DNA from: Chloroflexota bacterium
GTDB lineage: Bacteria; Chloroflexota; Dehalococcoidia; SZUA-161; SpSt-899
Assembly (NCBI GenBank): GCA_018657655.1
Contig: JABHWQ010000464.1
Span: 1-51,485, forward strand
DNA length: 51,485 bases
Direction of reading: 5' to 3'
Positions 10,519-18,818 of this stretch are shown here, piece after piece. How positions within the stretch are numbered: the first letter of the stretch is position 1; each line of letters starts with the position of its first letter. A program made the position numbers and the translations under genes. The notes beneath the pieces were generated by a model. That model saw only the letters and a list, made by a program, of their open reading frames with translations, was not told where the DNA came from and searched no databases.

Positions 10519-11127
10519 TTGGATAAAGGAACAGTGAAGACAATTGCCTGGGATGTGGATGACGTTCTGAATGACCTGATGCGATCATGGTTTGACGACT
10601 CTTGGAGGCCCTCTCATCTAGATTGCTTGCTGGATTATGACGGGATTGTAGAAAACCCGCCGCATGAACTGTTATGTGTGAGTATGTCTGAGTATTTGAT
10701 TTCGCTGGATAGCTTTCGCTTCTCAGAAGCTATCAGAAAAATGCGCCCTGTACCAGAGGTGATAACTTGGTTCCACCAACATGGAGAGCGATTTCGACAC
10801 ATAGCACTCACGGCAACACCTCTACGGGCTGCACCTTTATCTTCCGCTTGGGTTATGCATCATTTCGGTAAGTGGATTCGCTCTTTTAATGTGATTCCCT
10901 CCAAACGACAAAGTGAACAAATACCAATATACGACCAGTCAAAAGAGGAATTTTTGAGATGGTTTGGGAGAGTAGATATCTTAGTCGATGATAGTCCGGT
11001 GAATGTCGCGGAAGCACAAACATTGGGGATTCAGGCAATACTCTTACCACGCCCTTGGAATCAAAGCCCTTTGACTCTAGTTGAGGCTCTCAACGTCTTG
11101 GCGACTTTGGCAGATACGACTTCTTGA
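10519..11127 (+). CDS. HAD-superfamily phosphatase (NT5C/5-prime-nucleotidase-like)
   Basis: 202 aa with the DxDxV nucleophile motif near the N-terminus (IAWDVDDVLND). The start is TTG at 10519 (alternative GTG at 10534). It lies directly after the NeuB-like gene. Confidence 0.6.
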   Translation: MDKGTVKTIAWDVDDVLNDLMRSWFDDSWRPSHLDCLLDYDGIVENPPHELLCVSMSEYLISLDSFRFSEAIRKMRPVPEVITWFHQHGERFRHIALTATPLRAAPLSSAWVMHHFGKWIRSFNVIPSKRQSEQIPIYDQSKEEFLRWFGRVDILVDDSPVNVAEAQTLGIQAILLPRPWNQSPLTLVEALNVLATLADTTS

Positions 11128-11160
11128 AAGGCACAGTCAGAGACTGAGGTAATAGAGCTT

Positions 11161-12963
11161 ATGAAATTATCTGATTACATATTTCAACGCCTTGCTAAAG
11201 AGGGGGTACGACATGTCTTCCTTTTGCCAGGCGGTGGTGCAATGCATCTTGTGGATTCTCTTGGTAAGTGCAAGGAAATTGAATTTGTCTGCAATCTCCA
11301 CGAGCAGGCTTGTGCAATAGCAGCCGATGCTTATAGCCAATATACGGGCAACCTTGGTGTGGCATTGGTTACGACTGGCCCGGGGGGCACAAATACTGTA
11401 ACTGGGGTGGCGGGGGCTTGGCTTGATTCCACCCCCTGTTTATTCATTTCGGGTCAAGTCAAACGAACTGACCTCATTGGTGATCGTGGAGTGCGACAGA
11501 TGGGCTTCCAGGAACTCAATATTGTGCATATAGTAGAATCCATTACCAAGTATGCAGTCACAGTTGTTGACCCAAATTCTATTAGGTATCACCTAGAAAA
11601 GGCACTGTTTTTTGCCAGAAATGGCCGTCCAGGCCCTGTATGGCTTGATATTCCGCTAGATGTACAAGCTGCCCATATTAACGAGGATGAGTTGGAAGGA
11701 TTCGATCCTAAGGAAATCACAACATCACTTAAAAACAGCGTGCTCAAACAACAGATAAGCGAGCTAATACAACTTCTCAATCAGGCTGAGAGACCAGTTA
11801 TATTAGTAGGAAATGGTGTTAGGCTAGCAAAAGCGATAGGAGACTTTTACCAACTAATTGAGACCCTTCAAATTCCCGTTCTCACCACATGGAGAGCAAC
11901 TGATTTTTTAGGAGAAGACCATCCTCTCTATATTGGCCGACCAGGGGCTATTGGGCAGCGAGGGGCTAATTTCGCCCAGCAGAATTCAGATTTGATATTG
12001 ATTCTTGGGGCGCGTCTTGATCTTGGGCAAACAGGATACAGCCACTCTAATTTTGCTCGAACTGCTAAAAAAATCATGGTTGATGTTGATAATGCCGAGA
12101 TAGAGAAGATGGAATTTAAGATCGACATACCAATATGCGTTGATGCAAAGGGTTTTATTCGAGAATTTCTCCAACAAAAGAATACCACAGTAGTCAAAGA
12201 TCGATCATCTTGGTTGTCACGCTGTCGAGAATGGAAGTCTAGTTACCCTGTTGTCCTGCCCAACTACTGGGATGAGTCGATGGGTGTAAGCCTCTACGTT
12301 CTTGTAGACGTGCTATCTGATGAGATGTCCGCTGACGATTTACTGGTGCCAGGCAGCTCAGGAGCTTGCAGTGAGGTTACTATGCAAGCGTTCAGGGTGA
12401 AGCCAGGCATGCGTGTTTTGAATAATCCTGGCCTTGGAGCAATGGGGTATGGGCTTCCTGCCAGTATAGGTGCCTGCCTAGGGAGCGGGCGTAAACGGAC
12501 GATATGTGTTGTTGGGGATGGGGGATTCCAACTAAATATCCAAGAGTTAGAGACAATTAAGCGTTTAAATCTACCAATTAAGGTTTTCGTGTTGAACAAT
12601 GAAGGATACGCCTCTATAAGGGCGACGCAGCAGTCCCATTTTGAGGGGCGTTTCGTAGCTAGTAGTGTATCAAGCGGATTAACCCTTCCCGATAGCCTCA
12701 AGATTGCTTCTGCCTATGGCTTAGCTTCGGCACAAATATTGAACCATTCTCACATTACGGAACATGTACGTCAAGTGCTAGAGCAAGACGGCCCCGTAGT
12801 GTGTGATGTGATGATCTCGCCTAATCAGAGCACTTCACCACGACTGTCTTCGATGCAAGGAGCGAATGGTACGATGGTGTCTAAACCGTTGGAGGACTTA
12901 TGGCCTTTTCTGGACCGCAAAGAATTCTTGGCCAATATGATTATTCCACCATTAGATGAGTAG
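11161..12963 (+). CDS. Thiamine-diphosphate-dependent enzyme, acetolactate-synthase large-subunit-like (YerE-like candidate sugar carboligase)
   Basis: 600 aa. The Pyr domain reads HEQACAIAADAYSQYTGNLGVALVTTGPGGTN. The ThDP/Mg motif is GDGGFQLNIQELETIKRLNLPIKVFVLNNEGY (GDG-X-NN). No small regulatory subunit or other ilv genes are nearby. Confidence 0.8.
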   Translation: MKLSDYIFQRLAKEGVRHVFLLPGGGAMHLVDSLGKCKEIEFVCNLHEQACAIAADAYSQYTGNLGVALVTTGPGGTNTVTGVAGAWLDSTPCLFISGQVKRTDLIGDRGVRQMGFQELNIVHIVESITKYAVTVVDPNSIRYHLEKALFFARNGRPGPVWLDIPLDVQAAHINEDELEGFDPKEITTSLKNSVLKQQISELIQLLNQAERPVILVGNGVRLAKAIGDFYQLIETLQIPVLTTWRATDFLGEDHPLYIGRPGAIGQRGANFAQQNSDLILILGARLDLGQTGYSHSNFARTAKKIMVDVDNAEIEKMEFKIDIPICVDAKGFIREFLQQKNTTVVKDRSSWLSRCREWKSSYPVVLPNYWDESMGVSLYVLVDVLSDEMSADDLLVPGSSGACSEVTMQAFRVKPGMRVLNNPGLGAMGYGLPASIGACLGSGRKRTICVVGDGGFQLNIQELETIKRLNLPIKVFVLNNEGYASIRATQQSHFEGRFVASSVSSGLTLPDSLKIASAYGLASAQILNHSHITEHVRQVLEQDGPVVCDVMISPNQSTSPRLSSMQGANGTMVSKPLEDLWPFLDRKEFLANMIIPPLDE

Positions 12964-13107
12964 AGCGAAAGTTTTAAGAAACCTTTAAGGGCCAACTAGT
13001 GGAAATCACCGATAAATAATCGATAGGCATGCAACAGTTTTTGGTTGTAAGATAAATTAGTAGAGTAAAATTATGTCGGGAAGCCGTTTGGTGGCTTTAT
13101 CAAAATT

Positions 13108-14124
13108 ATGCAATGTCCATGTTGTGAATCAGACAGAGTAATTCTTTCCAATACCCCCGAACCACATATGTTTTGCAGGGTATGTTTCCATCGCTGTAAG
13201 ACCCTCATCCCATCTAAGAACTACTATAAAAACTTATCAGGCCGATCAAAAATGCTTGAAGAAAATTTGGGAAGGAAAAGTCGAGAAAGGCTTGAATTTT
13301 TAGAGCAATATTTGCAGAGAGGAATGCTAATATTAGAAATTGGCTGCGCTGAGGGGGCACTCGGTGAAGTCATTAGACGTAATTTTGATGTTGCCTATTA
13401 TGGCATAGAGCCTTCACTTGATGCCAAGATTGCCATATCAAGATTAGACGAAGTGTGGGTATCAATTAACAAAGTACCTCCAAATCTGCAATTTGATATC
13501 ATAATAGCATTTCATGTGTTCGAACACATTCACAATATTGGAAATATGATGTCTAAGTTATGTAAGTTGCTTAGTAGTAACGGGATTATCATATTTGAGA
13601 CGCCTAATTATTTTGGAAACACACGGTTACCATGGGACTTCAATAAGGAGCATATCCACTTGTTTAGTCCGGCATCTATATCATGTCTACTTGAAAAACG
13701 GGGGGTTGGCGTGAGAGAACTGAGTACAGGTCATTACGAGTCAGCCATCTATGATGACTCAATGAGGGTAGTTGGCTCTAAGAAAAAAGGGGTAAAGGAA
13801 CTAAAGCATAATTTTGTTGATCGTCTTCAGCGCTTCTTGGGTGATCGATATATAATATATGGGATCGGGGGGGATTTTGAAGCTCTAGTGTTACCTTACG
13901 TAAAAGCTTCTAGTGTAATCGCGATTATAGATAGTTCCAAGGACAAGGTTGGTAAGCGCGTGATTGGCAAGACCGTTCAAGGGCCAGGAGTAATTGATGA
14001 TTATCTCACTGAAATATTTTTCATTGCCACATATCGATACCAAAATCAAATTATACAAGTGCTCAATGAGAAGGGGATTTGTAGATCGCATATTATTACT
14101 TTGCAAGATATTTTAGAGAATTGA
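13108..14124 (+). CDS. SAM-dependent methyltransferase with N-terminal Cys4 zinc ribbon and C-terminal Rossmann-like domain (NDP-hexose C-methyltransferase-like architecture)
   Basis: 338 aa. It has a Cys4 ribbon (CPCC...CRVC), SAM motif I (LEIGCAEGALG), FDIIIAFHVFEHI, and a C-terminal IIYGIGGDF...IDSSKDKVGKRVIGKTVQGP resembling the C-terminal domain of TylC3-type C-methyltransferases. Confidence 0.65.
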   Translation: MQCPCCESDRVILSNTPEPHMFCRVCFHRCKTLIPSKNYYKNLSGRSKMLEENLGRKSRERLEFLEQYLQRGMLILEIGCAEGALGEVIRRNFDVAYYGIEPSLDAKIAISRLDEVWVSINKVPPNLQFDIIIAFHVFEHIHNIGNMMSKLCKLLSSNGIIIFETPNYFGNTRLPWDFNKEHIHLFSPASISCLLEKRGVGVRELSTGHYESAIYDDSMRVVGSKKKGVKELKHNFVDRLQRFLGDRYIIYGIGGDFEALVLPYVKASSVIAIIDSSKDKVGKRVIGKTVQGPGVIDDYLTEIFFIATYRYQNQIIQVLNEKGICRSHIITLQDILEN

Positions 14125-14182
14125 TTTTAGAGAGCATCACCAAATATAATGTGCGGAAGAGTTAACGTGGAGGGCTCGTTTA

Positions 14183-15247
14183 ATGACAGATAGCAAAAAA
14201 GCTGATCTTTGCGATAGAATGCAAACCCGGGAGAGGCTCAAAATAGAAAAGCCTATTGTATACAATAAATTCATAGAACTGGATGCAAAATTGAATAAAG
14301 GAGAGGCCCCTCCCCCGGTAATTGAAATCGGTTATCGGTATGATTGTAACCTCAAATGTAAACACTGTTTTGCAAGCCTGTTCGACAAGAAAGAGAAAAG
14401 TCTATCATTATTGGATATGAAAAACTTATCTGAGCAGGCGAATGAGCTTGGCATATATCAGTTTATACTCCAGGGCGGAGAGCCACTTTATTGGCCGGAT
14501 TTCGACGATGTAGTGAATGCCATTAATCCGAAAGAATTTTATATGGGGCTTGTTACTAATGCCACATTACTAAACCGAGAAAAAATCATTCATCTTAGAA
14601 ATATTGGAATCGATAAAATCGTCATGAGTCTTGATTCCTACGATGTTGATCAATTTGAAGGAATTCGTAATCGACCTGGGTTGTTTGACCACACTATTGC
14701 CATGCTGCTTCAGGCTAAAGAGGTTGGCTTGCGGGTTGTGATCAATACTTTAGCCACAAAACAAAACGTCAGAGATCCCCAGTTGCTCGAATTGGTTAAG
14801 TTCGCGGAGAAGCATAACATCATAGTTTACGTGAATTTTGCAGCGCCGATTGGGAATTGGGAAGGCCGGTATGACCTGCTTCTCGATCAGGATGATGCAG
14901 ATTATATTTATAATTTGAATCGGCAGCATGAGGTGATAAAGAGAGACATATTCCCTTATATGGGGATTAAAGTGGGGTGTCCCGCTTTTAGAGAGATTGT
15001 GTATATAACACAATATGGCGATGTCCTTCCATGCCCATTTATACACATTTCCGTTGGCAATATATTTGATGAACCTCTGTCTCGGATTATAGAGAAAGGA
15101 ATGCGAGTTAAGTGGTTTAAGGATCGGTCTCAGGTATGCCTGGCGTGTGAAGACGTAAATTTCATAAAAAACAAGATATCAAAAACATATGGATTGCCTT
15201 CTCCTGTCAGCATGCACGAGATATTTACGGAAGATGAATTTGATTAA
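14183..15247 (+). CDS. Radical SAM enzyme with Cys-rich C-terminal auxiliary-cluster (twitch/SPASM-like) region
   Basis: 354 aa. The CxxxCxxC motif is CNLKCKHC, with GGEPL downstream. C-terminal cysteines are GCPAF...LPCPF...VCLAC. Confidence 0.85.
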   Translation: MTDSKKADLCDRMQTRERLKIEKPIVYNKFIELDAKLNKGEAPPPVIEIGYRYDCNLKCKHCFASLFDKKEKSLSLLDMKNLSEQANELGIYQFILQGGEPLYWPDFDDVVNAINPKEFYMGLVTNATLLNREKIIHLRNIGIDKIVMSLDSYDVDQFEGIRNRPGLFDHTIAMLLQAKEVGLRVVINTLATKQNVRDPQLLELVKFAEKHNIIVYVNFAAPIGNWEGRYDLLLDQDDADYIYNLNRQHEVIKRDIFPYMGIKVGCPAFREIVYITQYGDVLPCPFIHISVGNIFDEPLSRIIEKGMRVKWFKDRSQVCLACEDVNFIKNKISKTYGLPSPVSMHEIFTEDEFD

Positions 15248-15271
15248 TATGGTGAATCAAAGATAACTGCT

Positions 15272-16555
15272 ATGTACATGTATATTGGAATTGAAATCAG
15301 CTCTTGGTGTAATGCTAAGTGCCCGTGGTGTTTTACTACTAAGCCCGCCGATAGGGTTAATTTTAACCCAGTTGCGAATGTGATGAGCCTAGATACTTTT
15401 ATAGACGTAATCGAACGGTTAGAAACATTGGGTTTGCTTCATGATGATGTTGTTATTAATCTTTACGAAATCGGCGAACCTTTTCTAAACAGAGATATAT
15501 CTAGAATTATCAGTTATTTGAATTCTAAATCTCTTAAATATGCCATAAGCACCAATGCTTCAGTCTTACCATCATTTGAAGAAGGAACCAACATTTTAAG
15601 TAATTTATCCTATCTTATTATTTCTATGCCAGGCTTTAGTCAAGAGTCTTATGATAGAGTACACGGTTTTCGGTTTGACAGAATTAAGAAGAATATCATA
15701 GGACTTATAACAAATTTTCGCAATAGCGGTTTCATAGGAGATGCCAGACTTATCTATCACGTCTATCAGCTTAATATAGATGAGATATATAAAGCCAAGG
15801 CATTTGCTGATGAAAACCATATTGACTTCTATCCTTATTATGCGATTCTTTATGAATGGAAATATGTGTGGGAATACCTATCCGATACCCTTTCGTATGA
15901 TTTGCTTAAGAAAGCCTCTGAAGAATTATTCTTGGGGAATATTGAGAAGACAATATCGGCTCGCAGGCCTGATTTTGTGTGTGAGTTTCTTAATATGTTG
16001 TTGATTGATGTAGATTGCGATTTAAAGACTTGTTGTCAAATCAAGAAAGGGGATCCGGGCTATTCATATGGCAGTATTTTCAACTTATCAGCAGAAGAAA
16101 TAATAACAAAACGAACTACTCAGCAGATATGCAAGAAATGTCAGACAAAAGGAATGGATTATTACCTATCTTGCTACACATTATTTAATCTACATTCCAG
16201 CACTGCGGGGCAATCTGAAAACGGCCATACACATAAAGACTTACTGAAATTAATACGGGGGAGTGCTGGGCAGGAAATCATTTTGTTTGGTGCCGGTGAA
16301 TTCGGTATAAAAGCGGTCAGATATCTAAATGACGAAAACATTGGGGTCAATTATTTCTCGGATAACAGCCCATTAAAAATTGGGAAACAAATTTCTGGAG
16401 TTAATGTTATTGCGCCTTGGGATATACTTAATCAATGCACAGATCCATTGGTTATTATTACTACCATAAATCACAGGCAGGTATTTAATCAGATTTCTCA
16501 GTTAGGAATCAGATCAGTTTATTACTTCCCGCTAGAGGTATATATACAACAATGA
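15272..16555 (+). CDS. Radical SAM enzyme with Cys-rich middle region fused to a C-terminal Rossmann-like domain
   Basis: 427 aa. The CxxxCxxC motif is CNAKCPWC, 13 aa from the start. Cys-rich segments are CEF...DCDLKTCCQ...CKKCQ. The C-terminal EIILFGAGEFG...SDNSPLKIGKQISGVNVIAP aligns with the C-terminus of the methyltransferase at 13108. Confidence 0.8.
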   Translation: MYMYIGIEISSWCNAKCPWCFTTKPADRVNFNPVANVMSLDTFIDVIERLETLGLLHDDVVINLYEIGEPFLNRDISRIISYLNSKSLKYAISTNASVLPSFEEGTNILSNLSYLIISMPGFSQESYDRVHGFRFDRIKKNIIGLITNFRNSGFIGDARLIYHVYQLNIDEIYKAKAFADENHIDFYPYYAILYEWKYVWEYLSDTLSYDLLKKASEELFLGNIEKTISARRPDFVCEFLNMLLIDVDCDLKTCCQIKKGDPGYSYGSIFNLSAEEIITKRTTQQICKKCQTKGMDYYLSCYTLFNLHSSTAGQSENGHTHKDLLKLIRGSAGQEIILFGAGEFGIKAVRYLNDENIGVNYFSDNSPLKIGKQISGVNVIAPWDILNQCTDPLVIITTINHRQVFNQISQLGIRSVYYFPLEVYIQQ

Positions 16556-17577
16556 AGAAATATTCTGAACTTCGCGATACCGAACGTTTCTCGGTAGAGA
16601 GATTATTGCCACTGAAATTTCCCCTAAGTATATATATTGAGACAACAAATCGATGTGGTTTTCGATGTCGATATTGCCCTCTATCACTTTCCGATTATGC
16701 AAAAATCATAGGCGAGTCCAGGAATATGAGTCTTCTCGAGTTTAAGAATATCTGCGATAGTATCCAAGTGGGCGGACGACTCAAAGTACTTCGGTTTTAT
16801 CTAATGGGCGAGCCCTTGTTAAATCCGCATTTGTCAGAAATGATAAAGGTGGCTTGTCAAATGAGGTTGGCTGAAAGAACAGAAATCACTACCAACGCGG
16901 TACTTCTAAATGGAGAAAAGTCTCGAGAGATTATTAATTCAGGGCTGGATTATCTCAGAGTCAGCATATCGAGCGTGGATCAGAGTCGACACGAATACAT
17001 TACCCAAACAAACATCCAAGTAGAACATATTTATAGCAATATCAAACAATTTAAACAGATTCGAGACGGAATGGGGCGTCAAAAGCCGTTTCTCTACGTT
17101 AAAATGCTTGACTCCTTAAACAATGTAGAAAATTTAAAATTTTTGCAAATGTATCAAGCGGTCGGGGATGAAATAGTCATTGAAAAGCCAATGAATTGGG
17201 ATAGCTTCAATAATCATGATTTGCTTCGGTCTACCTATAAAGAAGATAAGATGCCCGATTCAGAGGGAATGTACCCGTACCCGAAAACAGTGTGTCCCTT
17301 TCCTTTTTATACCCTTGCAGTCAATGTTAACGGGGATGTGACGGTATGTTGTGTTGATTGGAACAAGGGAACCAAAGTTGGTAATGTTTTTGAAGCCACT
17401 CTCAAATCTATCTGGGATGGGGATGAAATGCGGGATTTCCGTCGGATGCATATATTAAGGAAGCGAACTCTAAATTCCTCATGCGCCAATTGCCAATTTC
17501 TTTCTACTGTCCCCGATAATTTGGATAACATGTCAGAGTCAAAGATTAAAGCTATAATTGGTTCGAGTCAATTATAA
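16552..17577 (+). CDS. Radical SAM / SPASM-like enzyme
   Basis: 341 aa. The CxxxCxxC motif is CGFRCRYC. The C-terminal Cys set is CPFPF...VCCVDW...CANCQ. The gene has a 4-nt ATGA overlap with the preceding gene. Confidence 0.85.
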   Translation: MKKYSELRDTERFSVERLLPLKFPLSIYIETTNRCGFRCRYCPLSLSDYAKIIGESRNMSLLEFKNICDSIQVGGRLKVLRFYLMGEPLLNPHLSEMIKVACQMRLAERTEITTNAVLLNGEKSREIINSGLDYLRVSISSVDQSRHEYITQTNIQVEHIYSNIKQFKQIRDGMGRQKPFLYVKMLDSLNNVENLKFLQMYQAVGDEIVIEKPMNWDSFNNHDLLRSTYKEDKMPDSEGMYPYPKTVCPFPFYTLAVNVNGDVTVCCVDWNKGTKVGNVFEATLKSIWDGDEMRDFRRMHILRKRTLNSSCANCQFLSTVPDNLDNMSESKIKAIIGSSQL

Positions 17578-17660
17578 AGAGCAATGCAAAATATTGAAGT
17601 TGTAGATGTGAACCATGCCTTTAGATTAGGTGATGGTGGTTCAATCCATGAAAGAGAAGA

Positions 17661-18683
17661 ATGAAAATGGGTTTACCTGTCTTATCAATATGTATTCCAA
17701 CATTCAATCGTTCACAGTATCTTAAGGAGTGTCTGGAAAGTGTGTTATCGTCAGCTAAAGGGTACGAGGATCAAATCGAAATAGTAATTTCTGATAATGC
17801 CAGTACTGATGATACCGCCTCAGTTGTGAGTGAATTCGAAAAACGCAGCTCAAGAATAAGGTATCACAGAAATGACACTAATATCTATATAGAAAACTTT
17901 TTTGTGGTATCTGGATTGGCATTGGGGGAATACGTATGGATATTTGGTGATGATGATAAAGTGATGGATGGGGCTATCCCTACCATCTTAAATCGAATTA
18001 AGTCAGGATATGACTTAATATTTTGCAACTATTCAATTTGGTCAAAAGATTTTTCTACATTACAGAACGAAAGGAACCGTTTGGTTGATTTAGAAGAAGA
18101 GTATAATGATGCAAATTTATTACTGGAACGCATCGGGATCTACTTGGGTTACATATCGATTTGTATAATCAAAAAGAACGTCTTCTTTAGTACTCCGCCC
18201 GGGCTACACATGGAATACGGTTTTCCCCATGTATATTGCATGTACGCAGGGTTAGCTACAAATTGTCGTGCGGTATATATTCCCGCAACGTTAGTGCTCA
18301 ATCGCGCGGGCAATGTTTACTTACCTGAGTGGAATAAATTCTTTATAACCGGAACCTCTCTAGTTTTTGAGGCGCTTCTGGAAAAAGGGTATACTCAAAA
18401 GGCAGTATATCGTGCCAAACACCAACATCTCAGATCTATCATTAGTTATAGTTGGACGCAATCTCAGAGTTCTGCTGATTTAAAAACGGTGGCTCAACTA
18501 GCATTACCTCATTATAAGAAAGACTGGCTATTTTGGGTAACTTGCATGCCTATCGCATATCTTCCTGTCCCGCGGTTCTTCTTGAGATTCACCATAAAAA
18601 TGGCTCAATTAGTGTTAGTTGTGAACAGATCGGTGTCGAGAAGATTCAACCATGCCTTCAGCTTTTTAGCGAGACGAAGATAG
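17661..18683 (+). CDS. Family 2 glycosyltransferase
   Basis: 340 aa. LSICIPTFNRSQYLKECLESVL...IVISDNASTDDT is a typical GT-A/GT2 N-terminus. The C-terminus has a hydrophobic segment. Confidence 0.8.
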   Translation: MKMGLPVLSICIPTFNRSQYLKECLESVLSSAKGYEDQIEIVISDNASTDDTASVVSEFEKRSSRIRYHRNDTNIYIENFFVVSGLALGEYVWIFGDDDKVMDGAIPTILNRIKSGYDLIFCNYSIWSKDFSTLQNERNRLVDLEEEYNDANLLLERIGIYLGYISICIIKKNVFFSTPPGLHMEYGFPHVYCMYAGLATNCRAVYIPATLVLNRAGNVYLPEWNKFFITGTSLVFEALLEKGYTQKAVYRAKHQHLRSIISYSWTQSQSSADLKTVAQLALPHYKKDWLFWVTCMPIAYLPVPRFFLRFTIKMAQLVLVVNRSVSRRFNHAFSFLARRR

Positions 18684-18818
18684 TGTGGAGTGGTTTATTG
18701 AGTTAGGGCATTCTGTTAAGAGGGTGGAACTATACCGTAGAAGCGGTCATGTGAACCTTGGCAAACAACAAGTTTTTACCGATAAGAATTTCAGCGGGCT
18801 TTTGAAGGGCGTTATGGC

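Noticed and set aside
13108-17577. Possible RiPP (SPASM maturase) gene cluster
   Set aside because: - I found no plausible precursor-peptide ORF. The only small upstream ORFs are 8 and 22 codons, lack a good RBS, and overlap the methyltransferase start.
- There is no peptidase, RRE or exporter.
- The block is embedded co-directionally between nucleotide-sugar and glycosyltransferase genes, so I read it as sugar tailoring.
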